Sequence record: OL631481.1
Length of the DNA: 64,000 nt
From: Escherichia phage ECML-183-2
Reading direction: 5' to 3' (one strand)
The notes below the pieces were generated by a model. The model searched no databases and was not told where the DNA came from. It saw nothing but the letters and a program-made list of their open reading frames with translations. The position numbers and the translations under genes were made by a program. Below, in pieces: positions 1 to 8,954 of this stretch (positions are counted from its first letter, which is position 1; every line of letters begins with the position of its first letter).

Positions 1-1
1 A

Positions 2-100
2 TTAGAAGGTTTCTACCGGACTAATGGTGTTGAGGAACATGATATTTTAAACTTAAAAGGTTTTTGTGAAATAGTGGAGGATTTAAATGGCAGCAATTAA
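2..100 (+). CDS. 3' end of an unidentified upstream gene (partial at window edge)
   Basis: Frame open from window start to TAA at 98-100, overlapping nrdB start; too short to identify. Confidence 0.25.
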   Translation, partial: LEGFYRTNGVEEHDILNLKGFCEIVEDLNGSN

Positions 101-1175
101 TTTACATAACGAAGTTTACAAAACAGGAAAATATCCAGTATTTTTAGGGGAACAATTAGGGATTTTTGATTCTGTTAACGTAACTTATCCAGAAATGCAT
201 AAACTCTACAAACTTCAAAAAGCACAAGATTGGGATGAGAATGAAGTTAATCTGGATCAGACACGTAAAGATTTCGTAGCTTGTTCTAAAAACAACTATG
301 ATGTTATGATTAAAAACTTATCGTTCCAATGGGAAAATGATTCTCTTGCAAAATCAATCATCACTTTGTTCTCTCCATTCTTGAGTAACAATGAAGCCTG
401 TGCTATGATGATGAAGCAGAGTGAAATGGAAGTTCTCCATGCGTTAACGTATTCTGAAATAATCCGTCAATGTACTCCAGATCCAATTGAAGTCATCAAT
501 CAGATTATGATTAATGATAAAATTTTCAATCGTATGGGTATCATTGCTGATATCATGGGTCAGTTGGAAGAAGCTGGTCATAAGTATGCTCTAGGATTGA
601 TTGAAGCTAACGATGAACTTCGCTTGCTGATTCTTAAAGGGATGGTAGCCCTGATTGGATTAGAAGGTATTCAGTTTATATCTTCCTTCTCTGCTACTTT
701 TGCTATGGCAGAACAACAACTGTTTGTTGGGGCTTGTAAACTGATCCAGAAAATTATGCTAGATGAAATCTTGCATGTTAAGATGGACTATGCTGTAATT
801 GATGCATTGATGCATGACCCAATTTGGCGTAAAATTTACGAAGATAATATTGAAGAGTTGACTTTGATCCTCGACACTGTTGTTGAACAAGAGGAACAGT
901 GGTGTGACTACCTGTTTAGTGAAGGTCGTTTTATTGTAGGTCTTAACGCCGAATTGTCTAAACAGTGGGTTTATTTCAATGCTGCTCCTATTTATCGTCG
1001 ATTGAAAATGAAAGCCAAGTTTAAAGCACCTAAACATAGTCCTTTAGCTTGGATGGAAAAATGGTTGAATCCTGATTTGATTCAGTCAGCAGCCCAAGAG
1101 ATTCAGTTAACTAATTACAAATTGAATTCAGCTAACAAAGATCTCTCTGATGATGAGGAGCTTGACTTCGAATGA
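87..1175 (+). CDS. nrdB: ribonucleotide reductase class Ia small (beta) subunit
   Basis: 362 aa; diiron/tyrosyl-radical motifs align with E. coli NrdB (EVLHALTYSEIIRQ, DEILH, QEEQWCDYLF); GGAGG RBS. Confidence 0.9.
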   Translation: MAAINLHNEVYKTGKYPVFLGEQLGIFDSVNVTYPEMHKLYKLQKAQDWDENEVNLDQTRKDFVACSKNNYDVMIKNLSFQWENDSLAKSIITLFSPFLSNNEACAMMMKQSEMEVLHALTYSEIIRQCTPDPIEVINQIMINDKIFNRMGIIADIMGQLEEAGHKYALGLIEANDELRLLILKGMVALIGLEGIQFISSFSATFAMAEQQLFVGACKLIQKIMLDEILHVKMDYAVIDALMHDPIWRKIYEDNIEELTLILDTVVEQEEQWCDYLFSEGRFIVGLNAELSKQWVYFNAAPIYRRLKMKAKFKAPKHSPLAWMEKWLNPDLIQSAAQEIQLTNYKLNSANKDLSDDEELDFE

Positions 1176-1381
1176 TTTTGAAATGTGTTGGTATAATCGA
1201 CACATTCAAAGACGTTTTTGATAAAGGGGCTTCTTATGAAGCCTCTGAAATGAAGAATGGTTTTTGTGATGTATTCGGTAAACGCCTGAAGAAAAATGGC
1301 GATCCTTGGCTAGGAGTTATGTCTTGTGGTCATATTATTGTAAATGGTGTTGCCAAATTTGAAATAATTAAGGAGGAATAG
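1172..1381 (+). CDS. hypothetical protein (69 aa)
   Basis: ATGA overlap with nrdB stop; same-strand compact packing. Confidence 0.45.
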   Translation: MILKCVGIIDTFKDVFDKGASYEASEMKNGFCDVFGKRLKKNGDPWLGVMSCGHIIVNGVAKFEIIKEE

Positions 1382-1533
1382 TGGCTGAAAAACTTATTTT
1401 TTGTCCTGTGTGCGGTGGGACGGGACAGATGGAAGTGGAAATTATGGTAACATTTCCTTGCCTGAATTGTCATGGTGAGGGACGAGTAGTAGTCTTTGAA
1501 AAAGAAGGGTTGGAGGTAGAAGATGGAGAGTGA
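1381..1533 (+). CDS. small zinc-ribbon protein (50 aa, GTG start)
   Basis: Not in ORF track (<60 aa); CPVC..CLNC pairs; AGGAGG just upstream; coordinates hand-derived. Confidence 0.35.
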   Translation: MAEKLIFCPVCGGTGQMEVEIMVTFPCLNCHGEGRVVVFEKEGLEVEDGE

Positions 1534-1687
1534 AAAAGAGTATGTTCGCATTCCACGAGAATTAACAGATCACATTGCAGAAGCAATAGCTTTCGAAGCT
1601 AGATGTTGTGGAGGCATTGCTTACGATATTTATGAAGCAATTATTAAAGCTGCTCAAGAAGAGGAGGAGATGAAAAATGGGTATTGA
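1523..1687 (+). CDS. hypothetical small protein (54 aa)
   Basis: Not in ORF track; GGAGG RBS 6 nt upstream of ATG; fills gap before next gene. Confidence 0.3.
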   Translation: MESEKEYVRIPRELTDHIAEAIAFEARCCGGIAYDIYEAIIKAAQEEEEMKNGY

Positions 1688-2003
1688 TATCGAATGGCGT
1701 ATGTTACAGGGTGCACCTTTTAATAAGTGGGAAGAGGCTGTAGGAGAAGATCCTAGAATTGAAGAAGAATTTGATGGAGATTTTAACTGGTTCTTACAAG
1801 AAGGTCTTGACTTAAGTCGAATCTCTCCTTTCTACGATGCTGATGAGTCTTATTGCATATATGGTATTTATTTAGAAGGCGGAGAAGGAAGCGTAGCTGT
1901 AGATCTTGAGCAAGTAAATGAGAATGCAAAAGAAGCCTATGCAGAGCTACTTGAAAAATATAACATTAAAACGGAAACTATTATTTCTCAACATGTCTGG
2001 TAA
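1677..2003 (+). CDS. hypothetical protein (108 aa)
   Basis: ORF track; RBS GAGGAGGAG upstream; acidic protein. Confidence 0.5.
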   Translation: MGIDIEWRMLQGAPFNKWEEAVGEDPRIEEEFDGDFNWFLQEGLDLSRISPFYDADESYCIYGIYLEGGEGSVAVDLEQVNENAKEAYAELLEKYNIKTETIISQHVW

Positions 2004-2012
2004 GGAGAGAAA

Positions 2013-2579
2013 ATGAAAGTAGAAAAAACAAAAATTGAAGGTGCGGTAATTATCAAACCAGACGTTTATAAAGATGACCGTGGTTTCTTTTTAGAAACAT
2101 ATAATGAACAAAAATACGAAGATATCATTGGTAGACAAACTTTCGTTCAAGATAACATGTCTAAATCAAACTTCGGTGTTTTGCGAGGAATGCACTTTCA
2201 AACAAATAATCCGCAAGGTAAGCTTGTTCGTTGTGTAAGTGGTGAAGTATTGGATTTCGCTGTAGACTTACGTAAAGATAGTCCTACTTACGGTGCTTGG
2301 GACGGTGTTGTTCTTCGTGCACGACACCATACGCAGTTTTGGCTTCCACCTGGTTTGGCACATGGTTTTATAGTTTTGAGTATGGATGCTATCTTTGAAT
2401 ACAAATGCACAACTCCATACGACCCTTCTAGTGAAGAAAGTTTACGTTGGGATGATCCTGATATAGGGATCGATTGGGGCTTCGATATGATTTTTGATGA
2501 AGGTTTTAAACCTATCCTATCAACAAAAGATGCAATGGCTAAATCTTTTCAACAGTTACGTAGCGAGGGTGTATGCTAA
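2013..2579 (+). CDS. rmlC: dTDP-4-dehydrorhamnose 3,5-epimerase
   Basis: 188 aa; RmlC cupin signatures (DDRGFF.E, VLRGMHFQ, KLVRCV.GEV.DFAVDLRKDSPTYG, PPGLAHGF). Confidence 0.9.
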   Translation: MKVEKTKIEGAVIIKPDVYKDDRGFFLETYNEQKYEDIIGRQTFVQDNMSKSNFGVLRGMHFQTNNPQGKLVRCVSGEVLDFAVDLRKDSPTYGAWDGVVLRARHHTQFWLPPGLAHGFIVLSMDAIFEYKCTTPYDPSSEESLRWDDPDIGIDWGFDMIFDEGFKPILSTKDAMAKSFQQLRSEGVC

Positions 2580-3415
2580 CATATCTGGTATTGGGTGGTA
2601 ATGGACAACTGGGACAAGCTTTACGTAAAGTTGCCCCTGCAAATGTATCTTTAATTTATCCTAAAGAACGTGTAGATATTACAAATTTTGAAGCTGTGCG
2701 AAACGCTATTGTTGAAGATTATGTAGATGGTGTTATTAATTGCGCCGCTTATACGGCTGTAGATAAAGCCGAACAAGATTTTGCTACTGCTTTGGCTGTT
2801 AATGCTTATGGCCCTGCAAATATTGCGGCAGTGTGCAGCAAACTTAAAATTGATTTTGTGCATATTTCCACAGACTATATTTTTAATTATTCTCATCCTA
2901 TTTTTGAAGACACTGCACCTAACCCAATAAACAATTATGGGTATACGAAAGAACTTGGTGAAAAAATGGTGCGAGGAGTTAACCCAAATGCATATATTAT
3001 TCGAACAGCCTCGGTATATAGCGAATTTGGAAATAACTTTCTAAAAACCATGTTGTCTCGCTATAATGATGGACAACGTGATTTTATTATTGTTGCTGAT
3101 CAGTTCTCTTGTCCAACATATGCTCCAGATTTAGCAGAAGCTATTTTTGAAGTATTAAAAACAGGTTGGTCAAGGTCTGTTAAGACTTACCATTTTGCAG
3201 GAAGCCATCTTATTTCTTGGGCGGAGTTTGCGGAAAAGATCTTGACACAGATGCCAGAACCTGTTAAGATATCGGCGGTATCAGCTTCAACCTATAATGC
3301 TCCAGCAGCACGTCCGGTGAAGTCACAACTAATAACCAGTCACTATCTTACAAAATCAGATTTAAATAAAGGTATTGAACAGTCTTTAGCAGTATTACTT
3401 AATAAGGAGAGGTAA
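2573..3415 (+). CDS. rmlD: dTDP-4-dehydrorhamnose reductase
   Basis: 280 aa; N-terminal Rossmann GGNGQLG, STDYIF, catalytic YGYTK; overlaps rmlC stop. Confidence 0.9.
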   Translation: MLTYLVLGGNGQLGQALRKVAPANVSLIYPKERVDITNFEAVRNAIVEDYVDGVINCAAYTAVDKAEQDFATALAVNAYGPANIAAVCSKLKIDFVHISTDYIFNYSHPIFEDTAPNPINNYGYTKELGEKMVRGVNPNAYIIRTASVYSEFGNNFLKTMLSRYNDGQRDFIIVADQFSCPTYAPDLAEAIFEVLKTGWSRSVKTYHFAGSHLISWAEFAEKILTQMPEPVKISAVSASTYNAPAARPVKSQLITSHYLTKSDLNKGIEQSLAVLLNKER

Positions 3416-3675
3416 TGGAATTTGTAATTTTTGGTAAACCTAACTGTCAATTTTGCGAAATGTCAAAACAACTATTAACCATGCGCAATAAACAGTTTGA
3501 ATATTTAAGTCTTGATCAAGACTATGATTTAGAATCAATGACTAAAACAGTTGTTGATCTTACCGGAGTTCCTCCACGCACATTTCCACAAATTCTGTCT
3601 GAAGTGAACGGGGAGGTAACATACGTAGGCGGTTTTACCGAACTGCGTGATCTCATGGCTCAAATTGCGGAGTAA
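3415..3675 (+). CDS. nrdC: glutaredoxin/thioredoxin (T4 NrdC-like)
   Basis: 86 aa; CQFC active site, C-terminal GGFTELRDL resembles T4 NrdC GGFDQLREY. Confidence 0.75.
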   Translation: MEFVIFGKPNCQFCEMSKQLLTMRNKQFEYLSLDQDYDLESMTKTVVDLTGVPPRTFPQILSEVNGEVTYVGGFTELRDLMAQIAE

Positions 3676-3680
3676 CAATT

Positions 3681-3830
3681 ATGAAAAGTAAACAGAAACG
3701 TAAGATCTTTTCTCGTGCTTTGGCAAATGAGCTGAAGTCCAACATAAAGAAAACGAAACCAAAACGTGAAACTTCTCCAGAACATCTGTTGTTTAATGAG
3801 TTGGATCACGGAGTAGGAGACGACGAATAG
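3681..3830 (+). CDS. small basic protein (49 aa)
   Basis: Not in ORF track; Lys/Arg-rich; coordinates hand-derived. Confidence 0.3.
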   Translation: MKSKQKRKIFSRALANELKSNIKKTKPKRETSPEHLLFNELDHGVGDDE

Positions 3831-3837
3831 GAAGTAA

Positions 3838-4338
3838 ATGGCTAAAGTAGTAGATGAGTTTGATATGCTACGAGTCGATGAAGGACTGAAGCTTACTGTT
3901 TATCAAGATCATCTTGGTTATTGGACAGTTGGCATAGGACACCTTCTGACTAAAATAAAAGATAAAGCAAAGGCTATTCAAATCTTAGATAATCTCCTTG
4001 GTCGTAAGACCAATGGAGTTATCACAGAAAAAGAAGCCCGTCAAATCTTTGCTGACGATGTTGCAAAAGTGAAGAGAGACATAAAAAACAGTGCTATCTT
4101 ATCACCAATCTATGATAAGGTGAGTGATACTCGTAAATTGGGAATAATCAACATGGTTTTCCAGTTGGGGTTAAAAGGTGCTGAAGGGTTTAAAAATAGC
4201 TTGACTTTAATCAGCAATGCATATTATACTCAAGCAGGTAAAAACATGCGTAAAAGCCGATGGTATAGCCAGACGCCAAACCGTGCTGAACGAGTAATTA
4301 AAGTTCTGACTTCTGGAACTTTAGATGCTTACAACTAA
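3838..4338 (+). CDS. e: T4-type lysozyme (endolysin, gene e homolog)
   Basis: 166 aa; colinear with T4 lysozyme (MLRVDEGLKLTVYQDHLGYWTVGIGHLLTK, KSRWYSQTPNRAERVI, GTLDAY); catalytic E/D/T conserved. Confidence 0.9.
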   Translation: MAKVVDEFDMLRVDEGLKLTVYQDHLGYWTVGIGHLLTKIKDKAKAIQILDNLLGRKTNGVITEKEARQIFADDVAKVKRDIKNSAILSPIYDKVSDTRKLGIINMVFQLGLKGAEGFKNSLTLISNAYYTQAGKNMRKSRWYSQTPNRAERVIKVLTSGTLDAYN

Positions 4339-4342
4339 TAAA

Positions 4343-4356
4343 GGGGCTTCGGCCCC
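4343..4356 (+). terminator. GC stem-loop GGGGC-TTCG-GCCCC between e and phoH (weak terminator or stabilising hairpin)
   Basis: Perfect 5-bp stem with TTCG loop; only short T tract after. Confidence 0.4.
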
Positions 4357-4375
4357 TTCTAAAAGGAGTGCTACT

Positions 4376-5134
4376 ATGGGAAATAAAACCGCAGCTAAAA
4401 CACAACGGCAGAAACTGGCTAATTCAGCAAAGATTGAAAGCCGTTATGCAGCAAAAGCGGTAGGTAATGACGATTACCGTTTAGATGAATTTATGCCTGA
4501 AGGGGACCAAAATAAGATTGTTCAAAGCATGATTTGGAATGATCTGACTGTTGTAAATGCTCCGGCAGGGACTGGTAAAACCTCTGTTGCTTTATGGAAA
4601 GCTTTGCAGATGCTTCGTTCAGGAGACTTCCGTAAACTACTTTTTATCAAGAACCCTACTGAAGTCGGAGATGACCAGATTGGTTTCTTGTCTGGGGATA
4701 AAACAGATAAACTAGCAGCACACTATGAATCTACAAAACGTATTTTCCAGCAATTCATGACAGCCAACAAATTGGAAAACGATATTGGATCAGGTAAGAT
4801 CGAATTGAATATTCCTAACTATTTGTTGGGGGCTACCCTGGATAATACAATCGTCATTATTGACGAAGCACAACTTATGTCAACAGAAACACTTAAACTT
4901 CTTATTGAACGTGCAGGTATTAATACGCATGTTATTGTATTAGGCGATGTTCGCCAGACATATGCAATTAAAAAACGTAGCAATGGTCTGCATCAAATTT
5001 TGGAACTTTTATATCCAGAAAATGAAGAAGGTGTTCGTGAGCCAATTGTAGATTTTATTGGATACGTTGAACTGACAACGGACGATAATAAACGTGGACG
5101 TTTGTCTAAACTGATTACTGAAGTGTTTATTTAA
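4376..5134 (+). CDS. phoH: PhoH-like ATPase
   Basis: Start moved to internal ATG with AAGGAG RBS; Walker A APAGTGKTS, Walker B VIIDEAQ. Confidence 0.85.
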   Translation: MGNKTAAKTQRQKLANSAKIESRYAAKAVGNDDYRLDEFMPEGDQNKIVQSMIWNDLTVVNAPAGTGKTSVALWKALQMLRSGDFRKLLFIKNPTEVGDDQIGFLSGDKTDKLAAHYESTKRIFQQFMTANKLENDIGSGKIELNIPNYLLGATLDNTIVIIDEAQLMSTETLKLLIERAGINTHVIVLGDVRQTYAIKKRSNGLHQILELLYPENEEGVREPIVDFIGYVELTTDDNKRGRLSKLITEVFI

Positions 5135-5169
5135 TAATGTGGCAGGGAAGCCATTTATAAGGAGGATTG

Positions 5170-5670
5170 ATGGGTGTAGCAACAATAGCTATCGGAAGAA
5201 GCGGTATAGATGAGTGCTATCAAACGGGACTCGTAAAACCTAACGAATTTCGTCAAATTTGTGTAAACCATATTGAAAAAGAGATTGCTCTTACTTTAGA
5301 GAATATGACCCTCCGAGATAAACTGGAAATGTTTAAATGTTGGTGTCTAGGAGAAGATTGGCTTTTAAACCATTTTCAAGAACTTTCTGATAGTAAAGAA
5401 AGCTTGTTTGATTGTATAATAGGAATAGCTGGCTCCGATCCTAGCCTTCTGCACATAACAGAAGAAGAGGCGAAGTTACTGTTCTTAAGTAATTTGTTTA
5501 ATAAGAAAGCACTGCTTGTTCGTGATTGCAGTGATCTTCTTAATAACCCGCTCGCAACGTCTGATCAAATTTTTGTTGACAAAGAGACACTACGTGCGAT
5601 AGAATACATCTGCAAATATGTGAATGGCGGGAAAGCGGTTCTTAAAACATTAACAGAGGAGGAAGAATAG
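5170..5670 (+). CDS. hypothetical protein (166 aa)
   Basis: ORF track (start at ATG after TTG); AAGGAGG RBS. Confidence 0.5.
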   Translation: MGVATIAIGRSGIDECYQTGLVKPNEFRQICVNHIEKEIALTLENMTLRDKLEMFKCWCLGEDWLLNHFQELSDSKESLFDCIIGIAGSDPSLLHITEEEAKLLFLSNLFNKKALLVRDCSDLLNNPLATSDQIFVDKETLRAIEYICKYVNGGKAVLKTLTEEEE

Positions 5671-6362
5671 TGACGACAATTATTGCAACCAAAAATAAGA
5701 TTTTGAGTGACGGTAAGGTAACTTTTGGTGGACGTGTAGATTCTATTAATTTCAAAAAGGTCCGAAAAATTGGAGATTACCTTGTAGGTGGTGCTGGTCG
5801 TCTGACCTCCGTGCTTTCTTTCTTTCAATGGTTTGAACAAAATCTACAGTGCGAAGCAGCACGTGATGCTGTCCCTGGTTTGATGATTCACTCTGATCCA
5901 GATAAAGAAGATGAAGAGTTTATTGCACTTGTTGTTCATCCAGACGGACGTATTTTCCTGCACGAAGGTAACAACCCAACACGTGCATATCCGATTGATG
6001 AAGAATATTATGCAGTAGGAAGTGGGTCAGACTTTGCTTTAGCTGCTCTTGATGCAGGGGCAACACCAGAACAGGCTATGGAAGTAGCTAAAAAGCGAGA
6101 TGCTTTTTCTGGTGGTGAAACATTTATTGAAGAACAAGACGAGATTATTGAATTAACAGATGATGATTTAGAAAACTTCTCCAAAGAAGAATTGATCAAT
6201 CTTTTGAAATTCGGTAATCCCTACGGTGAAGAAGAACCTCGTAACGTGGCAGGTAACGAGGCGGATACTGAAGAAAAATCTGTTGCAGAAAACAACTTGA
6301 CTTCTAAATCTGAAAATATTAATCTCGTAAATGTGGCGGATTTCGAAGGAACCGCTATTTAA
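5670..6362 (+). CDS. HslV/proteasome-beta-like Ntn peptidase with acidic C-terminal extension
   Basis: GTG start then TTI (N-terminal Thr after fMet), GGAGRLTS and GSGSDFALAA motifs resembling HslV. Confidence 0.55.
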   Translation: MTTIIATKNKILSDGKVTFGGRVDSINFKKVRKIGDYLVGGAGRLTSVLSFFQWFEQNLQCEAARDAVPGLMIHSDPDKEDEEFIALVVHPDGRIFLHEGNNPTRAYPIDEEYYAVGSGSDFALAALDAGATPEQAMEVAKKRDAFSGGETFIEEQDEIIELTDDDLENFSKEELINLLKFGNPYGEEEPRNVAGNEADTEEKSVAENNLTSKSENINLVNVADFEGTAI

Positions 6363-6367
6363 CAAAC

Positions 6368-6389
6368 TGCCCCTTCGGGGGCATTTCTT
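6368..6389 (+). terminator. rho-independent terminator
   Basis: TGCCCC-TTCG-GGGGCA hairpin followed by TTTCTT. Confidence 0.55.
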
Positions 6390-6407
6390 AAACATAGGAG
6401 ATTAATA

Positions 6408-6842
6408 ATGTTACAAGTTCCTGCTAAGTTTGTTGAAGGCGCTATCCACTCTTACCGTCAAACATGTAAGAGGGCAAGAAACTGTTTAGATGGTCTGGTG
6501 GCAAAAACCTATACTGTTGAAAAGAAGAAACGTTGGTTTGGCAAAGATGTTTACGAAGTTAATATTTTTGGTGAACATAAACTAAACCACGATACTCCTG
6601 AAAACATGTTAGAAATATTTCTAAGAGATGACAAAATATCTCCTATGGATTACCAACTTTTAAAATTTTATGATTCTTCTTTGGCTATTGATAAGTTTGT
6701 TGAAGATATTCTGTCTAGAAAAACAGATAAAAACACTTATCCTCTAGAGGCTGATCAAATAGGATTATTAAACGAGATTTCATCCTTTAAAGAGTTGGAT
6801 AATATTACAAAAGAGGAGATTTTAGATGGCATTAGATTATGA
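6408..6842 (+). CDS. hypothetical protein (144 aa)
   Basis: ORF track; RBS AGGAG. Confidence 0.5.
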   Translation: MLQVPAKFVEGAIHSYRQTCKRARNCLDGLVAKTYTVEKKKRWFGKDVYEVNIFGEHKLNHDTPENMLEIFLRDDKISPMDYQLLKFYDSSLAIDKFVEDILSRKTDKNTYPLEADQIGLLNEISSFKELDNITKEEILDGIRL

Positions 6843-7335
6843 TCGCCCAACGAGCGATTATTATCCGACACCGCAAAAAGCAATCAATAGTTTGTTTAGT
6901 GTTATAGATTTCAAAAATCTAAAGGAAGAAGGTTGGGTTTTTGCAGAACCTTGCAGAGGTGAAGCTGAAGCGATTTATCGCCATTTTCCTGAAGGTTCAG
7001 AATATTGCGAACTTGAAGAAGGTAAAGATTATTTTAGTCACGAATGGGAAAATCGTCCCGACATTATAATCACAAATCCTCCATTTAAGTTAGCAATGGA
7101 GTTCTTGGAAAAGAGCTTAAAAGAGGCGGATGTTTGTATTTATCTTCTTCGGTTGGGCTTCTTGGAGTCAAAGAAACGACGAGAGTTCCATCAAAAGAAT
7201 CCACCAACAAACCTTATAGTCCTTTCAGAACGGCCTTCGTTTGTTGCAGGTGGAACAGATAAGACAGCATACGCTTGGTATGTATACGACCCAAAGAATC
7301 GTTTGGGCCTCTCTCAACCATTTTATTTTGTTTAA
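6826..7335 (+). CDS. putative DNA N6-adenine methyltransferase (NPPF motif)
   Basis: 169 aa; DYYPTP and IIITNPPF catalytic-motif-like segments; family not verified. Confidence 0.45.
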   Translation: MALDYDRPTSDYYPTPQKAINSLFSVIDFKNLKEEGWVFAEPCRGEAEAIYRHFPEGSEYCELEEGKDYFSHEWENRPDIIITNPPFKLAMEFLEKSLKEADVCIYLLRLGFLESKKRREFHQKNPPTNLIVLSERPSFVAGGTDKTAYAWYVYDPKNRLGLSQPFYFV

Positions 7336-7347
7336 GGAGTGTGAACT

Positions 7348-7584
7348 ATGGGTAAACTAATTATGACAGTGGCTATTGATTTTGATGAAGTAGATGAAAG
7401 CCTCAACCTTTCACTTTCTACTGACGTAGATGGCGAAATGGATAATATTGAAGCAGCTACTGCTCTTTTCTTCAAAAAAGCCATTGAAGTTTATGCCGAA
7501 CATGCTGCAAATCAGGCAGTAGATTACGGTGGTATCGTGCGAGCTTTAGTTCACTCTACCGAGGGCAATGACTGGGAAGATTAA
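7348..7584 (+). CDS. hypothetical protein (78 aa)
   Basis: ORF track; RBS AAGGAG. Confidence 0.45.
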   Translation: MGKLIMTVAIDFDEVDESLNLSLSTDVDGEMDNIEAATALFFKKAIEVYAEHAANQAVDYGGIVRALVHSTEGNDWED

Positions 7585-7787
7585 TGGCTTACAATTATTA
7601 CTGCATTTATGCACATGAGAAGAAAAAAGGTGACACTGGGACTAACGTTTATGCGGAGTCCGAATCTCATGCAAAAGAGATTGGTGCTATCCTTTTATCA
7701 CGCTGGACTGGAAATAATTACAGTGCAGAAGATATGTTTGCAGAAGTGGATTCTAGTATCCAAGAAGGCAACATAACAACTACGTGA
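7584..7787 (+). CDS. hypothetical protein (67 aa)
   Basis: ORF track; ATG overlaps upstream stop. Confidence 0.4.
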   Translation: MAYNYYCIYAHEKKKGDTGTNVYAESESHAKEIGAILLSRWTGNNYSAEDMFAEVDSSIQEGNITTT

Positions 7788-7795
7788 TATACTTA

Positions 7796-7821
7796 TACTC
7801 CCTTTTCGGAGGGAGTATTTT
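7796..7821 (+). terminator. rho-independent terminator
   Basis: TACTCCC-loop-GGGAGTA hairpin followed by TTTT. Confidence 0.55.
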
Positions 7822-7832
7822 AAGGAGGGATT

Positions 7833-8027
7833 ATGCAGAGCGGAGAAGAACTTTTAGAGAAACAATTCTCAACGCGTCAACAAGCTTTAAGTTATATGGT
7901 TTTTCTAAGCAATCTTGATGTGAATGAGATACTTTTACGGCGCGAAGGTAATTTCTGGAGCGTTAAATATCATGCAACAAGGTCTGTAATCTACCTGGAA
8001 GAGGCGGAATTCTCTTTGGTAGAATGA
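7833..8027 (+). CDS. hypothetical protein (64 aa)
   Basis: ORF track; RBS AAGGAGGG. Confidence 0.45.
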   Translation: MQSGEELLEKQFSTRQQALSYMVFLSNLDVNEILLRREGNFWSVKYHATRSVIYLEEAEFSLVE

Positions 8028-8041
8028 TCCGAGGAGTAGTT

Positions 8042-8614
8042 ATGCGTTCAACTTTCACTGGCAAAATAAATGCTGGTTTGATTTTTACAGCAGTAAGCAT
8101 TCTTAGCAAAAAGTTTAAAGTTGTTAACTTACCTGTGTGTGTCGATTTCGATCATGTTTTTGATCCTTCGAACCCCACTCGTTGCATAGTAAGGAGCAAT
8201 GTTGAAAACCCAACAGAAAATCTTTTTTATGTAACAAAACCATCTCAAAGCATACTTAACCAGGTTGAGGCGAAATTGATACCTAACGGTAAATATTACT
8301 CCTTTTTACCTTGTAAGTCGGTTGAAGTAGAGAATAGCAATACTTTCGCTAATAACTTGTCTGTATTCGTTTTCTTTGTTTCACAGGAAGACGAAACAGA
8401 TGAAATGGTAGCAACAGTGAGATCACTTTATGACTCTTTAGGGGTTGTTTATAGTCAACAAGTGTGCGAAAATAATAAAGCCTGTGTAGATTTCATTATC
8501 AACGGTATTTGTGTTTGTAGAGTAGAATCTTTTTGGCTGCACGATACATATGTGACTGTAGCAGAGGTTATATCTGAACCAAGATTTAGTCATGCGGTTT
8601 CGTTAATAATTTGA
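8042..8614 (+). CDS. hypothetical protein (190 aa)
   Basis: ORF track; start moved to ATG with GAGGAG RBS. Confidence 0.5.
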   Translation: MRSTFTGKINAGLIFTAVSILSKKFKVVNLPVCVDFDHVFDPSNPTRCIVRSNVENPTENLFYVTKPSQSILNQVEAKLIPNGKYYSFLPCKSVEVENSNTFANNLSVFVFFVSQEDETDEMVATVRSLYDSLGVVYSQQVCENNKACVDFIINGICVCRVESFWLHDTYVTVAEVISEPRFSHAVSLII

Positions 8615-8624
8615 GGAGGAAGGA

Positions 8625-8954
8625 ATGGAAATTACTACAGAACAAGCCCTTATCGACGAGGGTCGTAAAATCTTAGAAAAGTATTTAGGGGAGATTCATA
8701 AAACCCCTGGCTATTTGGGTTGGAGAATTGTTGAAGCTGTAGATTTCCTTCCTCGTAACAGTAAAAACGTCGAAATGCGATCTCTTTTCTTATTAGTAAA
8801 GGTGGATGGGGATACGCCTTTTAAAGATGCCGCAGAACATATTGAAAAAGTTGAAGAGAAAGCTTATGCAGAATTTGCCGATCTTGTTTTAGAACAAGAG
8901 ATTGAAGGAAAGGTGAATATTTTTATTTTCTTAGATTTTGAGGAGGATAAGTGA
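8625..8954 (+). CDS. hypothetical protein (109 aa)
   Basis: ORF track; RBS GGAGGAAGG. Confidence 0.5.
   Translation: MEITTEQALIDEGRKILEKYLGEIHKTPGYLGWRIVEAVDFLPRNSKNVEMRSLFLLVKVDGDTPFKDAAEHIEKVEEKAYAEFADLVLEQEIEGKVNIFIFLDFEEDK

Noticed and set aside
2-100. Calling the partial upstream ORF nrdA
   Set aside because: Position before nrdB is suggestive, but the 33 visible residues lack the C-terminal Cys-pair tail of class Ia large subunits.
759-1037. Antisense or overlapping track ORFs inside well-supported genes (e.g. 759..1037, 2651..2896, 9314..9556, 24138..24482, 32117..32941, 61908..62561)
   Set aside because: Each lies opposite a gene with domain support or clear RBS; translations are low-complexity.
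87-1175. Group I intron or homing-endonuclease insertion in nrdB or nrdD
   Set aside because: nrdB is one uninterrupted 362-codon ORF colinear with E. coli NrdB; the visible 440 codons of nrdD are continuous.
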